From: Dendrobates tinctorius
Taxonomy: Eukaryota
DNA length: 64,000 bases
Direction: 5' to 3'
Assembly: GCF_039654945.1 (NCBI RefSeq)
Contig: NW_027361832.1
Location: 10,602,001-10,666,000 of the forward strand
Part shown: positions 1 to 12,028 of the stretch, piece by piece
Layout: each line of letters opens with the position of its first letter
Numbering within the stretch: position 1 is the first letter of the stretch
The notes under the pieces: model-generated
What the model saw: the letters and a program-made list of their open reading frames with translations, nothing else
Database searches by the model: none
Told to the model about the DNA's origin: nothing
Made by a program: the position numbers and the translations under genes

Positions 1-1221
1 TATTAAACACCTGCAAAAGCACAAAATTGCTAAAAAAAAACAAAAACTATAATGAACATAGGCAAAACACATGCACAGCAATGCTTATGAGCCTCTTCTA
101 AGTGTTCTGGGCTTTGAAAGTTGTAAAGTTATGAGGCAGGGGGTTAAGGAAAGGAAAAAAAAAAAGAAAAATGAAAAGTGACCTCACCAAGCTTCATTCA
201 TCTTTATATATGTACGGCTGCAAAAAAAAAAAAAAAAAAGGCAATTCAGGAAAAACACCACAGGTGTCTAAAAAGGCGTGGTGTGCACATACCCATGAAA
301 TGAAGCAGTTTGTAAGAACTTACATGCTAAACTGTGCAGTGTGTAGCCAGAAGCAGGGATTTTCACTCAGATTTTTTTTTTTTTTGCGCTGTGCATAGCA
401 AGAAGCTTGTCAAGGGTCTGGCTGGCAGAAGTATTCTGCATATCATAATACCATGCCGCCTTCATAGAGAACAGCTAATGGAGCTGACGTTTCCTGTAAG
501 TGACATGCCGTTTGACTGTTGGCATCGGAGGTTATGGGCATCTTAGGGGGCGGTGTTTTTTTTTTTTTTTTACTACATAAATGCACACATTTTGAAGTTT
601 TGCAATTGCAATCGTTCTATACTGCTTTCACAGGCTGCTTCGCTGCACAATGCTGACTGCAGAATGAGGTAATAGAATCGGAGAGCGCATTCTGATGAGA
701 GTGTACAATACTTATCTGTCCTTCTGAGCTTCTCCTGGCCCCAGCAAAGTTCAGCTAAAGTTAGATGTGTTATGTGGTCATGAAAACAGAGGAGTTTAAA
801 AAAAAAATAATAAAAGGATGGGGATGAGGGGGCCATGCACACCAGGACGGCGGATGAGGGTTGGCCATGAGAATAGGTTTTCTCAGTTTTTCGAGGCAAA
901 ATTAGGTGCCTTGGCCTATACTCGGGTATACCGTACTCATTCTGCAGCCATTAATGTGCAGGGAAATAGAATATGTGAATGCCAAACTGTGCAGAATTTT
1001 AAGTGAAACGATTTTAAGACATTTTAACCCAAAACACATGCATTCCAGGGAAAAGAAATGGTCCTGGTAAAGTCCGTATTGTTTGTTGGGGTAGATTTCA
1101 GAGCAAAATCTCTTAGAATATATACATATTAAATTTCATAGTTCATCACCAAAAGAGGGCTTTTTTCCTCAGTTGGGTGTATGTATTGGTATACAACTAA
1201 GTGCACTCTTATTCAACGGGC

Positions 1222-1978
1222 CACCATGTTTTATTAAAAAATTGTATTTGATATTGTCTTTACAATGGTGGAAAATGGGTGATGTAGACTACTGTATGGC
1301 TGTACAGAAATCAAAAAAGCACCACAAAGAACCAAGTAATAAAAATATGAACCTTTATTAGAAACATCAACATAAAAGCATATAACTTGAAGTAAATAAA
1401 TAGGATTATGACAGCGATGAGCCAAAACTGAAGCCAGGAAGGCTGCATACCCCGGAAGAAGGCACAGCGCCAAAACGTGCATAGGGGTGGGTGGCAACAC
1501 AGATGCACAGGTAACCTTCTAGGCATTTAACCACTTTCTTACACTATTTGCTCAGCACAATTCGTCCAGATTAGGTATACAGCCTTCATGGCTTCAGTAT
1601 GTTTCTTTGTATAACCCTTGCTTTTTGATTCACTATATATCTGGCTCACATTTCAGGGTATATATGGACTGCACTACTGCACTTTGAGCAAATCAGTTTC
1701 TTATACTATACTTATGTGCCTGCTGGTTTACCAGATTTTTTTTTTTTTTTTTACTGTGGTCCCACCCTTTTGGCTCACCATTGTCATATCCCTATTTACT
1801 TCAAGTTATATGCTTTTATAGTGATGTTTCTAATAAAGGTTCATATTTTTATTACTTGGTTCTTTGTTTTTTTGTGATTTCTGTACAACCATACAGTAGC
1901 ACAGTAGTCTACATCGCCCATTTTCCACCATTGTAAAGACAGTATCAGATACAATTTTCTTTTTAATAAAACATGGTG
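1222..1978. mobile_element. Foldback Penelope-like remnant: inverted ~205-bp AT-rich arms with a degenerate hammerhead-like motif
   Basis: 1222-1427 is the imperfect reverse complement of 1768-1978. Internal 1450-1487 reads cccc-GGAAGA-a-ggc-acagc-gcc-AAAA-cgtgc-ATA-gggg, like a decayed minimal hammerhead. Confidence 0.5.
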
Positions 1979-2331
1979 CTTTTTTATGATTTCTATTATC
2001 CATGCACTGAACTCTTTACCTAGTCTTACACCCTTTCACACTGATCGGTCATTTCGGCTTCTAATTAAGGGTGTTGGCCTGACTGTAGGTTTTGTATGGT
2101 TGTACAGTAGGTCACAGTCTTCCATTGGAGGTATACGTCAGGCAATACTTCTAACATAGCTAAAATCCATCCACAACAGGAGACTTACTCTAAGGTAGGG
2201 GGATTTTATGAATTATTACATATAAAAATAACCACCACACTTCATCGTCCTACGCATCATGACTTGAAGTCGTATCTTCCTGGATGAAGGTTATCATGGT
2301 CTAGATGTATAAGCTTTTTGCTCAAAATGCA

Positions 2332-4044
2332 CTAGGCACTTTGTGCATTATCTGCCTGGACAGTAAGATCATCTGGTGCATCATCTGTCTGGACATCAGG
2401 AACATCGCCTGCCTGGACAGCAGGATCATCTGCCTGAACAGCAGGTTCATCAAGTTCATCATCTGCCTGGACTGCAGGATCATCATCTGCATCATCTGCC
2501 TGGACAGCAGGATCATCGGGTGCATCATCTGCCTTGACAGCAGGATCATCGGGTGCATCATCTGCATCATCTTCCTTGACAGCAGGATCATCGGGTGCAT
2601 CATCTGTGTGGACAGCAAGATCATCATCATCATCATCGCCTTGGAGATGAAATTCATCAATTACATCAACTGCTTGGACAGGAGATTCATCGAGTGCATC
2701 ATCCGCCTGACTGACACATTCATTAGTGTTGTCCGTTTGGTGGAAAGTTGAATCTTCATCTGCGATGTTATCGTTCTGGTCATCTTGGTGAGGTGTATTA
2801 GTATCCTGTTCGTCATCCTCATCAAGCAAGTCATCTTCCTGCGTAACACAATCATTTGGATCGTCAGGGATCACGGCTGCAGAATTTACATACAAGAAAC
2901 TTTCCAGCTTCTCCTCAGGAATTCGTCTCAGTTTGATTTCCCGGTTTCGAAACTTTTTCCGATGCAACTTTTCAGCTAGTTTCAAGTCTTCGTCAGATGA
3001 GAAGCTAACCAACGCTTCCCCTAGGCCAACTCCACGTTTGTCACATAGCAGTGAAATGTCTTCTTCATTGAGAGACAAGCCAGCGAAGAACTTCTGAATG
3101 TCACTTTTCTTCACAGCTGGAAGAAAGTTTCGAACAAGAACGCATTTGCCCCTTGAACGATGATGCGAGAATAATACTCTCCTGCCTGATATCAGATTTG
3201 TCATGTTTGACTTAGTAATAGGATTGATGAACAGAAGACGTCCATTAAACTTTACTTTGTCAAGTTGAAGAACTCTCTTGAAGTCCGCCTCCGTTTGTAA
3301 TGCAACCAAACATTCTCTTGTTCGCATGCCCTTCTTGTCATGCAGAAACAGAATGTGTTTCTCACTCACAAGGTTGAAAAACCAATTCCTCAAAGCTTTT
3401 TTCTTAGTGGTACAGTCCAGGTTGGTCACATGCACATGATAGTCACCATTGTATAAAAGATCATAGGACAGATCTTGTGAAGAGCTTGTATGCCTTTGGG
3501 GAGACCCAGATCTCACATGAGGAGATCGAGAACGAAATCGTGGCGATCTAGAATGACTTTGAGAAGACCGAGAATGCCATGGTGGCGATCTTGTATACCT
3601 TTGCTGAGGCGGCGGATATCTTTGCGGAGATCTAAAATGCCAGTGTGGTGACCTAGATCTCTGAAACGATGAATCAGAAAACCTTTCAGGAGACCTTGAA
3701 CGGTGACCTCCCACTTCATGCCCTGGTGTAAAAGAATGACGTGATAAAGAATCTCTGCCCTTATGGACTCCATTTCTAGACATGTCAAAGTTTTTTAAGG
3801 AGTGAGCCATTTCTGATATAGAGCTGCGATGAGCATAAATAATGGACCCCCTTAGGGAGCGGCCAGATAATCGAACAGCATGTTGTGCATCTACACGAGA
3901 GGTGAAGCTAACATAAGCCACACCAGAATGACCACCAATGATCGTAATTCCTCCTTGGGGAATATCCAATCCTATAAAGTGTGATCGAAGGTCTTGTAGG
4001 TTAACAGCAGATGAAACACCTTCTAAACGGACAATTTGTGACAT
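2332..4044 (-). CDS. rbm12b: RBM12B-like RNA-binding protein, paralogue A (570 aa): RRM1, RSP heptad array, two further RRMs, acidic repeat tail
   Basis: Intact ORF. N-terminus IVRLEG..DLRSHFIGLDIPQGGITIIGG..GVAYVSF matches RBM12/12B RRM1. VRNF..VKKSDIQKFFAG..EDISLLCDKRGVGLGEALVSF matches RBM12B RRM4. Splice acceptor (ccccccag|GTAAAAATG) lies 6 nt before the ATG. Neighbours CIBAR1 as in mammals. Confidence 0.85.
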   Translation of the reverse strand: MSQIVRLEGVSSAVNLQDLRSHFIGLDIPQGGITIIGGHSGVAYVSFTSRVDAQHAVRLSGRSLRGSIIYAHRSSISEMAHSLKNFDMSRNGVHKGRDSLSRHSFTPGHEVGGHRSRSPERFSDSSFQRSRSPHWHFRSPQRYPPPQQRYTRSPPWHSRSSQSHSRSPRFRSRSPHVRSGSPQRHTSSSQDLSYDLLYNGDYHVHVTNLDCTTKKKALRNWFFNLVSEKHILFLHDKKGMRTRECLVALQTEADFKRVLQLDKVKFNGRLLFINPITKSNMTNLISGRRVLFSHHRSRGKCVLVRNFLPAVKKSDIQKFFAGLSLNEEDISLLCDKRGVGLGEALVSFSSDEDLKLAEKLHRKKFRNREIKLRRIPEEKLESFLYVNSAAVIPDDPNDCVTQEDDLLDEDDEQDTNTPHQDDQNDNIADEDSTFHQTDNTNECVSQADDALDESPVQAVDVIDEFHLQGDDDDDDLAVHTDDAPDDPAVKEDDADDAPDDPAVKADDAPDDPAVQADDADDDPAVQADDELDEPAVQADDPAVQAGDVPDVQTDDAPDDLTVQADNAQSA

Positions 4045-4843
4045 TTTTACCTGGGGGGACAGAATTAAAAAAAAAAAAAAACGACTTTAGATTTTTTTTA
4101 ATCATCTCAGCTTAGAAGAACATACTAATAAATGAATGTAAAAACATGTTTTTCATTAATGAAAACGTGAACCACAGAGATGGAAGTACAAACAGCATAT
4201 CTATTTTTTACTTCATGTCCATGTTAGTTTGGACCTTAAAGGATTATTCCATGCTCTGGCCACAAAGCACGAGACTTCAGAAACTCCAGAGAGAAACAGC
4301 AAAAGGCAGCCCTTGCCTGTCCCTAGAGCCCTGCAGGCTGGCGCATATACAGTTATTACTGTCTCAGCAACGACTCACTAAAATCACGATCCCAAGATGA
4401 TTTTTTTGACGCTTCCTATTTTCATTGCTCCGGAGACATTGGAGTCTTAGGCTATGTTCACAGTAGGCATTAATTTTACATTTTACAGTACCAGCAAAGT
4501 ATGAGATTTCAGAAACCTGATGCACTTGTTTCTTTTGTGACTTTGCTTGTCATTAAGGCTATGTGCCCACGTTGCAGAAATGCTGCGGAATTGTCCGCAG
4601 CATTTCCGCAACTCCCCGCCGCGAGTAAAACGCATGCGGAGCTTGCATGCGTTTTCCCCGCAAAACACAAGCATTTTTAGCCTGCAGAATGCTAGCGCAT
4701 ATCCAAGCGATTTGAAGCAGCTTGGAAAAGTGATTGACAGGTTGGTCACACTTGTACGCTTGACAAGTGTGTCCAACTTTTTACTACTGATTTGTGCCTG
4801 GGCTGTATTGAATTATCAGCTATTCACTTCTATCTATATAGAC

Positions 4844-5850
4844 CAGGGGTCCCCAACCGCCGGTCCGCAGCCCACCACCGGGCCGCTGCAGTGCCCTTGC
4901 CGGTCCGCGGACACAAGGGGAGCCAGGGGCGGTCAGTGGCGTAGCGGGGGCTGCGCGCAGCAGTTCTTAGCGGCGGCCAGGGAGCGATCCAAGCAGCTCC
5001 GCTGCCTGCAAGAGGGAATAGCAGGAGCGGAGCTGCAAGGACCCGTCCACTGCGTCCAGCTTCCTGCCCGCCGCCCGCGCTTCCTGTCTGACTGACACAG
5101 AGAGGAGCGCGGCCGCTGCTGTGTCAGAGCGAGGAAGCGCGGGCGGCGGACAGGTGAGAGGAGAGAGGTGGTGTGTGTGTGTGTGTGTGTGTATGTATGT
5201 CTGTCTGTGTGTGTACATATATATATGTGTGTGTGTGTGTGTGTGGTCTGTGTTTGTGTAGCCTGGCCCTGGAGGAGATGGGGACATGAGGAGAAGGCCA
5301 TGAGGGGAGTGATGGAGAGACGGCAGTGATGGGGTGAAGGCAATGATGGGGAGAGGGGAGTGATGGGGTGAAGGCAATGATGGGGAGACGGGAGTGATGG
5401 GGTGAAGGCAATGATGGGGAGACGGGAGTGATGGGGAGAAGGCAATGATGGGGAGACGGGAGTGATGGGGAGAAGGCAATGATGGGGAGACGGGAGTGAT
5501 GGGGAGAAGGCAATGATGGGGAGACGGGAGTGATGGGGAGACAGCAGTGATGGGGAGAGGGGAGTGATGGGGAGAAGGCAATGATGGGGAGAAGGGAGTG
5601 ATGGGGTGAAGGCAATGATGGGGAGAAGGGGGTGATGGAGCACTCATTCAAAACCTATGGTGAGTTGAGTCACATTATAAATGTTATTTAATTATAAGTA
5701 TGCACTGCTACACTACAACCGTGTCCATAGCCCCGCCCCTTATGACCAAAGCCCCGCCCCTGTCACACCTCCATCCCCGCCCTGCCGGGCCATGGAAGAA
5801 TGGTCTTGCTTGAAACCGGTCCCTGGTGCAAAAAAGGTTGGGGACCACTG
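4844..5850. mobile_element. Non-autonomous hAT (Charlie-like) element containing a TG microsatellite and a 33-bp G-rich minisatellite
   Basis: TIRs CAGGGGTCCCCAACC / GGTTGGGGACCACTG. Perfect 8-bp TSD ATATAGAC at 4836-4843 and 5851-5858. Confidence 0.85.
5300..5640. repeat. ~33-bp purine-rich minisatellite (ggagtgatggggagaaggcaatgatggggagac)
   Basis: About 10 tandem units, directly visible. Confidence 0.9.
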
Positions 5851-6789
5851 ATATAGACTGTATATATGTTTTCATGAATATTTGAGGCCATGGATCCATT
5901 ATATGTCCATTTTGCAAGCCGGCGAGAAAATCTCACCATATGGATGTCACACGGATGGTTAGATGCGAGAAAATCATATCCTCGCATTGCGCAAGGATGA
6001 CACACGGATCACTGTTCAGGGAACATTTCTGCGATTCTCGTCTGTAGAAAACGGACCGTATTTTTATACGTTGTGTGTAACTCCAGCCTTGCACAAAGCA
6101 CCATCACTCCACAAGGCACACACTGTGATCCGGCAGGTTACACATGCAGTCAGATGACACTGGAACTGGTGACCAGCAGGTAGAATACTGCACTCTGAGA
6201 AAAACCTTTGTTATTGCTAACAAAGGGGAAAATAACCACAGTGCTCTATAAACACTTAATGGACAAAACTTGCAATTCTCCATCACATTTTCTGCACTTT
6301 ATAAACAAATGGTGCAAAGACGTCAGCATCCATACAAAGGAGATTCACATAACTATATCAAAGACCACCTTCCACATCTGTCCACACCGCTGCTCAGACG
6401 CTGAATGCATCCAGTACAGTCGTCCCTATCTGGGCAACTATCGGACGTGCAGAATGATGAGGACAACTGGGTAGCTATGATCAGATCACACGACAGAAAA
6501 AGAAGGTAGTTACAGGTTCTCCTTCAAAAGGTGCATCTGCTGATTATGGCCCCACTAGACACCCCTATAAGTGAGCTGTCGGCTTTTTCTGACAAACCCA
6601 CCAAACAACTGTCACCCAGGAGTGAGAAATAAGATGTGGACTGTAGGCAGCTGGTGCCCTGCACACCAAATCCCAGATATGTCCGGCTACTGATGGCCCT
6701 AGAGAATGGCTGATGACACGTACAGTTTTTTTGTTTTTTTAAATTGGTCTGAAAGGAACGGGAAGGAAAGAAAAATTATATATACATAC

Positions 6790-7234
6790 ACACCTGCATC
6801 TCACAAAATTAGAATATCATCAAAAAGTTAATTTATTTCAGTTTTTCAATACAAAAAGTTTATCTCATACATTATATAGAGTCATTACACACAGAGTGAT
6901 GTATTTCACGTGTTTATTTCTGCTAATGCCGCATTAATGCAGTAATTGATGCAAAAGGAGCCCCGACCAAGTATTGAGTGCATTTACTGAACATACATTT
7001 CAGTAGGTCAACATTTCAGATTTTAAAATCATTTTTCAAGCTGGTGTTATAAAGTATTCTAATTTACTGAGATAATGACTTTTGGGTTTTCATTGGCTGT
7101 AAGCCATAATCATCAACATTAACAGAAATAAACACTTGAAATAGATCACTCTGTGTGTAATCACTCTATATAATATATGAGATTCACTTTTTGTATTGAA
7201 GAACTGAAATTAATTAACTTTGATGATATTCTAA
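6790..7234. mobile_element. Internally deleted Tc1-derived element, right end running into the gap
   Basis: Inverted arms (ttagaatatcatcaaaaagttaatt / aattaactttgatgatattctaa). Internal Tc1 transposase 3' end (gcagtaattgatgcaaaaggagccccgaccaagtattga). Confidence 0.65.
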
Positions 7235-7395
7235 NNNNNNNNNNNNNNNNNNNNNNNNNNNNNNNNNNNNNNNNNNNNNNNNNNNNNNNNNNNNNNNNNN
7301 NNNNNNNNNNNNNNNNNNNNNNNNNNNNNNNNNNNNNNNNNNNNNNNNNNNNNNNNNNNNNNNNNNNNNNNNNNNNNNNNNNNNNNNNNNNNNNN
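7235..7395. other. Assembly gap (161 N)
   Basis: Run of n. Confidence 0.99.
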
Positions 7396-7640
7396 ATAGT
7401 TTTCTGCTGTTAAACCACTTTGGTATTTTGAACTTTTTTTTTCTGCTTCAGGTTTTGAAAACTCCTAGTGGGAAAAAATAAAGTCCATACAACGGCTATG
7501 AAGCGATTTCTGATTGAAAGAACTCGGACTAGTCACTGTCCAATCAAAAGGCTTGGAGAAAATTACTGGATACAGCTGAAAAGAGAGTATGGAAATATAC
7601 AGAGAAGGGACAGCACATCGTGCAGGGTGAGACAGGTAGT

Positions 7641-9140
7641 AGCCCCCCCCCCCCATCATACAGCTCCCATCATACGGCTGCACAGCCCCCCCCCCCCCAT
7701 CATCATAAAGCTCCACCGCCCCCTCCCTCTCTTCAGAGCTCCAGGCCCCCCCCCCCAGTCATACGGCTCCACCGCCCCCTTCCCCTCAACATACGGCTCC
7801 ACCGCCCCCTCCCTCTCTTCAGAGCTCCAGCCCCCCCCCCCCAATGATACGGCTCCACCGCCCCCCTCCCCCAATGATACGGCTCCACCGCCCCCCTCCC
7901 TCTTCAGAGCTCCACAGCCCCCCCAATGATACGGCTCCACCGCCCCCTCCCTCTCTTCAGAGCTCCAGGCCCCCCCAACATACGGCTCCACCGCCCCCCT
8001 CCCCCAATGATACGGCTCCACCGCCCCCCTCCCTCTTCAGAGCTCCACAGCCCCCCCCCCAATGATACGGCTCCACCGCCCCCTCCCTCTTCAGAGCTCC
8101 ACAGCGCCCCCCCAACATACGGCTCCACCGCCCCCCTCCCCCAATGATACAGCTCCACCGCCCCCCTCCCTCTTCAGAGCTCCACAGCCCCCCCCCCCAA
8201 TGATACGGCTCCACCGCCCCCCTCCCTCTTCAGAGCTCCACAGCCCCCCCCCAATGATACGGCTCCACCGCCCCCCTCCCTCTTCAGAGCTCCACAGCCC
8301 CCCCCCCCAATGATACGGCTCCACCGCCCCCCTCCCTCTTCAGAGCTCCACAGCCCCCCCCCAATGATACGGCTCCACCGCCCCCTCCCTCTTCAGAGCT
8401 CCACCGCCCCCCCCCAATGATACGGCTCCACCGCCCCCTCCCTCTTCAGAGCTCCACCGCCCCCCCCTCTTCAGAGCTCCAGCCCCCCCCCCCCCCAGTC
8501 ATGCGGCTCCACCTCCCCCTCCTCTCTTCAGAGCTCCAGCCCCCCCCCCCCCCAGTCATACGGCTCCACCGCCCCCCTCCCTCTCTTCAGAGCTCCACAG
8601 CCCCCCCAATGATACGGCTCCACCGCCCCCCCCTCTCTTCAGAGCTCCAGGCCCCCCCCCCTCAGTCATACGGCTCCACCGCCCCCCTCCCTCTTCAGAG
8701 CTCCACAGCCCCCCCCCCCAATGATACGGCTCCACCGCCCCCCCCTCTCTTCAGAGCTCCAGGCCCCCCCCCCCCAGTCATACGGCTCCACCGCCCCCCT
8801 CCCTCTCTTCAGAGCTCCACAGCCCCCCCCCCCCAATGATACGGCTCCACCGCCCCCCCCTCTTCAGAGCTCCAGGCCCCCCCCCAGTCATACGGCTCCA
8901 CCGCCCCCCCCCTCTTCAGAGCTCCAGGCCCCCCCAGTCATACGGCTCCACCGCCCCCCTCCCTCTCTTCAGAGCTCCACAGCCCCCCCCCCCAATGATA
9001 CGGCTCCACCGCCCCCCCCTCTTCAGAGCTCCAGCCCCCCCCCCAGTCATACGGCTCCACCGCCCCCCCCCTCTTCAGAGCTCCAGGCCCCCCCAGTCAT
9101 ACGGCTCCACCGCCCCCCCCCTCTCTTCAGAGCTCCAGGC
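7641..9140. repeat. C-rich minisatellite with ~60-bp unit (tgatacggctccaccgcccccctccctcttcagagctccacagccccccccaa)
   Basis: More than 20 tandem variant units. It generates the spurious Pro- and Gly-rich ORFs in the track. Confidence 0.95.
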
Positions 9141-9169
9141 CTCCCCTCCTTGATGCCCATGTGCTCGGT

Positions 9170-9620
9170 GTCGTCTCCGTGCACTGGCCATATCACGCGT
9201 GCACAGAGGGCGCGGGGCCTGGAGCAGCTGCTCCCTGGACTCCGAGTAACACAATCGTCGTCAGCCATCCGGCCGCCACGGTGTAATGGCGGCAGCCAGC
9301 CGGAAGCGCCGCGCCAAATCCTTCCAGACAGAAGCGCCGTGATCTCGGCGACCGTGCGCCGTCATTACAGGCAACTACAACCCAAGGATCGTCTACACAA
9401 CGTTCTCGCTTTCCGGCACCTACCGTACGCAGAGCGCGGTCGCCAGTTACCAGTCCTCGCCAGCGGCCTTACCTGTCGTGACGTCACTTCCCGCTTCAGG
9501 ACGGAAGTACTCTGACGCCTAATTTAGTCGCCAAATCGTTTAAAGGAGAAGTGACCTTAATCTGATTGGCGGGCGCGGCTGCCATAGACCGCACAATAGC
9601 GTGCTCTATACTGGAGCATG
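9170..9620 (-). promoter_or_regulatory. CpG-island promoter and probable non-coding exon 1 of RBM12B-like A
   Basis: CpG-rich. CRE TGACGTCA at 9479-9486, ETS-type GGAAGT motifs on both strands, CCAAT box (ctgattggc ~9562). Minus-strand donor CAG|GTAAGG at 9473/9472. Confidence 0.6.
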
Positions 9621-11631
9621 GCGGGGCCAGGAGAGCAGAGACCCTCCAGCTAGTGCAGACCCCAGCCCTCTCTCCTCCCAGGGCTGCCGGGGTAGGGACC
9701 AGGACGTTATTGGAAGGAGTGTGCCCCGTCAGAACAATCTAGTGGGATAAGTGTGAGATTACTGGGGGTCCGGTTGTCAGGCGGTCGCTTAGATGCAGTC
9801 TACTAAGTCGGAGTGTCTACCTCCAGCAGGCGTATACACCCGAAACCCATGCCCATCAAAGCTCGGGCACTCTGCCAGCATCATTACAGTCTATGACCCC
9901 ATCAGCGCACACGTCCGAATCCTATTTTGCTGGGGGGGGGGTTCAGACATGAGCCTCAATGGGGCCAATGAACCGGTGCCAAACCGCAGTGTGAACGCCG
10001 CCTTAGAAGGCGCAGCAGTGCACACGGTCAGCCGCCATGCCAGTCACTATGGGACCGCTGAGCGCTTGGCTGTCTCTGGTAGCAACACAGCACTGAGAAT
10101 GGAGCACAGTTGACGCATACGCACTGCAGCACCTTCTAACAGGGAGAAAAGTGCCCCATTGTAGTGATTAGGGAAGGGCATCAGGTTTAATGGACAGACC
10201 CCCACCAGTCTTTACGGTATCAGTATCACCTACAACTATATCCCTTTAAGAAGCATGCAGGAATGAGATTAAGGACTCAGCCCAGAAGACTTGCTTGGTT
10301 TCTGTAAGTGTCACTGTTTCCAAGGGGCGTTGCCATATAAAGTTTATTGGCATGTTATAACAATTCACATAACAGATCCAAATGCCGCACGCACTAATTA
10401 ACAGGGTATTATTGCTTCAATCGTTTCAGCACAAGAGTGAGCAGGGCTGGTGATAAAGTGTCCACAGATACCGTCTGGCACGCATGTCTAGTACAGGTGT
10501 GCGATATCGGCCAGTAGATATCTACAGACAAAACATCAATGGGCCTGCACAAATCCCAATACTATAATGTGCTGAGCCACCCTAACCCTTTAAGGATGAG
10601 GTTCTCGATTATTGCAAAATTAGCATTTAATCTCAGTAGTTAAACCCATTACTAATAGGATTATTCTCAACCACAACATCAAGAGTCAGTATTGGGCCAT
10701 CTTTTTAAGCATTAGTAATGACCTTTTAGTGGGCATACATGCAAAATTACAACCAAACCTGTGGACACGCTTGATGCTGTTCTTGGAAGAAAGAAATGTT
10801 TTCTAGTCCAGGACAACACTTGTAGTTTTAGAGGGCTAGTCATTGCCTTTTGAACTATAATAATATCCCAGTGATGTCACCTTGTCCATGGTTGGCCTTT
10901 AGAAGGTAGAGGATTAAAAAAATATTAGAAGTAGCAACTCTCTCTCGAACTCATCATCCATGGTCTGCGCGCACGCATGTGTGTATATGATGTCTCTATC
11001 TCAACACTGGAATGGCGCTTTAAATGTAAGCCCCCTGCCCATGGTCATATACCCACCCTCGGCATCTTTCTGCACGGCTCCGGTCCTATCTTGTGGCACT
11101 AGCTTCTGGAAGTAAGAAGCTAGGTAACAAGCTCTTAATGCAAGTCTATGAAAGCCAGAACGAGGCTCAGACTTGTAAAGTGACCTCTGCGCCACTTCAT
11201 GAAACATTGGAGCAGCACACAGGTTACTTTTCAGACCGACTAGAGCAGCAGTGAAAGCATTGGAAGGCCAGTATCAAGACAGGATTTACATTTAAAGCAC
11301 CAAGCACCACTCCATCAGTGCAATAAAAAAAAAACCAAAAAAAAAAACTGGCGTGTAGAAAAATCAAAATGCTGGTAAAGTAGTAATTCACAGACAATTG
11401 CAGTTTTAATAAAATACAAGTTTATTGAAAATACAGTAGACATGGCTCAATCTGAGATGCCCAAAGCCTTCCCCCTAGTGTTATTATGCGGCATAAGAGC
11501 AGAATGATCCGTCATTGACTGACCCAGCTTCCTGAATTACAGCATCTTCTAGGCCAGCTTCAACCATTTGACATTCAAGGTTCGAGTTTGGACTAACTGT
11601 GGCTCTCTTAAGTCGAACTCAACGGACACTT

Positions 11632-12028
11632 AGGGTGGGTTCACATTGCGTTAGTGCCCTGCGTTTAACGCATCCGTTACACAGCGGCACTAACGCTATG
11701 TAACGGTCGCATTAACGCACCCATTGGCCGCAATGTTAGTAATGCATCCTAACACGTGCCTAATTCAGCATGCGTTAGCGATGATGCGTTACTTGTGACG
11801 CACCCGAGAACGTGGTCTAGAGCGTTTTTGGGTATGTCTGGTCTAACGCACAGCGAACGGACACATTCGCTGTGCACAGACCTGTATGGCTAACGCATGG
11901 TAGCAAAATGCTACCATGCGTTAGCAGTAGGTGCACAAAAGATGTAAAAAAAAAAATGACATCTGCGTTAGCGCATCCGTTTAACGCATCCGTTAAATGG
12001 ATGCCCCTAATGCAATGTGAACCTAGCC
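11632..12028. mobile_element. PIF/Harbinger-like MITE
   Basis: Terminal inverted repeats gggtgggttcacattgc / gcaatgtgaacctagcc, with T(T/A)A-type flanks. Confidence 0.65.

Noticed and set aside
2305-2751. Ile/Cys-rich and Met-rich ORFs overlapping the paralogue A tail
   Set aside because: Alternative-frame and antisense shadows of the GAT-rich coding repeat.
4933-5651. Three overlapping Pro/Ser/His-rich ORFs
   Set aside because: Translations of a stop-free minisatellite inside a hAT element.
7465-9515. Many Pro-rich (extensin-like) and Gly-rich ORFs, and a superficially CRISPR-like periodicity
   Set aside because: A minisatellite with no unique spacers and no cas genes, in a eukaryotic context.
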